Assembly: GCA_030390025.1 (NCBI GenBank)
Contig: CM059432.1
Coordinates: 80,664,001 to 80,728,000, forward strand
DNA from: Squalus acanthias
Taxonomy: Eukaryota
Length of the DNA: 64,000 bases
Reading direction: 5' to 3'
In this document: one piece after another, positions 63,892 through 64,000 of the stretch
How positions within the stretch are numbered: the first letter of the stretch is position 1
Layout of the letters: each line of letters begins with the position of its first letter
Notes under the pieces: generated by a model
What the model saw: the letters and a program-made list of their open reading frames with translations, nothing else
What the model was told of the DNA's origin: nothing
Databases searched by the model: none
Made by a program: the position numbers and the translations under genes

Positions 63892-64000
63892 TCTATTTAT
63901 GAAGCCCAGGATCCCGTATGCTTTTTTAACCGCTTTCTCAACCTGCCCTGTCACCTTCAGCGATTTGTGCACATGTACCCCCAGGTCTCTCTGTTCATGC

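Larger units (their letters stand above)
62160..64000 (-). mobile_element. CR1 LINE 3' part interrupted by the Penelope palindrome
   Basis: ORF 62448..62660 (ERVQKKFTRMIPGMR..RLEKLGLFSL..RRLRGDLIEVFKIM); CR1 sequence resumes after the TSD at 63892. Confidence 0.82.

Overview
Vertebrate genomic DNA, almost certainly from a shark or other cartilaginous fish (inferred from SacSINE1/DeuSINE-like SINEs, a HER1/HE1-like LINE tail and shark-type CR1/L2 LINEs). The window lies inside PREX2 (+ strand). Four coding exons of the C-terminal IP4P-like region (25952-26080, 29810-29851, 34154-34371, 55952-56054) splice in frame and are separated by large repeat-filled introns. The introns are dominated by PIF/Harbinger DNA transposons: three copies with a broken transposase plus a convergent three-exon Myb/SANT gene, two copies with the same transposase deletion, and about ten MITEs, with 3-bp TSDs where the ends are readable. 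CR1, L2, Vingi-like and Penelope retroelements are also present, often nested. Highlights: (i) two Harbinger copies keep a fully open spliced Myb/SANT-coiled-coil gene (488 and 466 aa) although every transposase here is dead, and one belongs to a family that spread after deleting its transposase; (ii) an apparently perfect 1079-bp Penelope palindrome with a 1-nt loop and a 14-bp TSD, with a minimal hammerhead ribozyme in each arm. All family assignments come from recognising motifs by eye; no database search was run.
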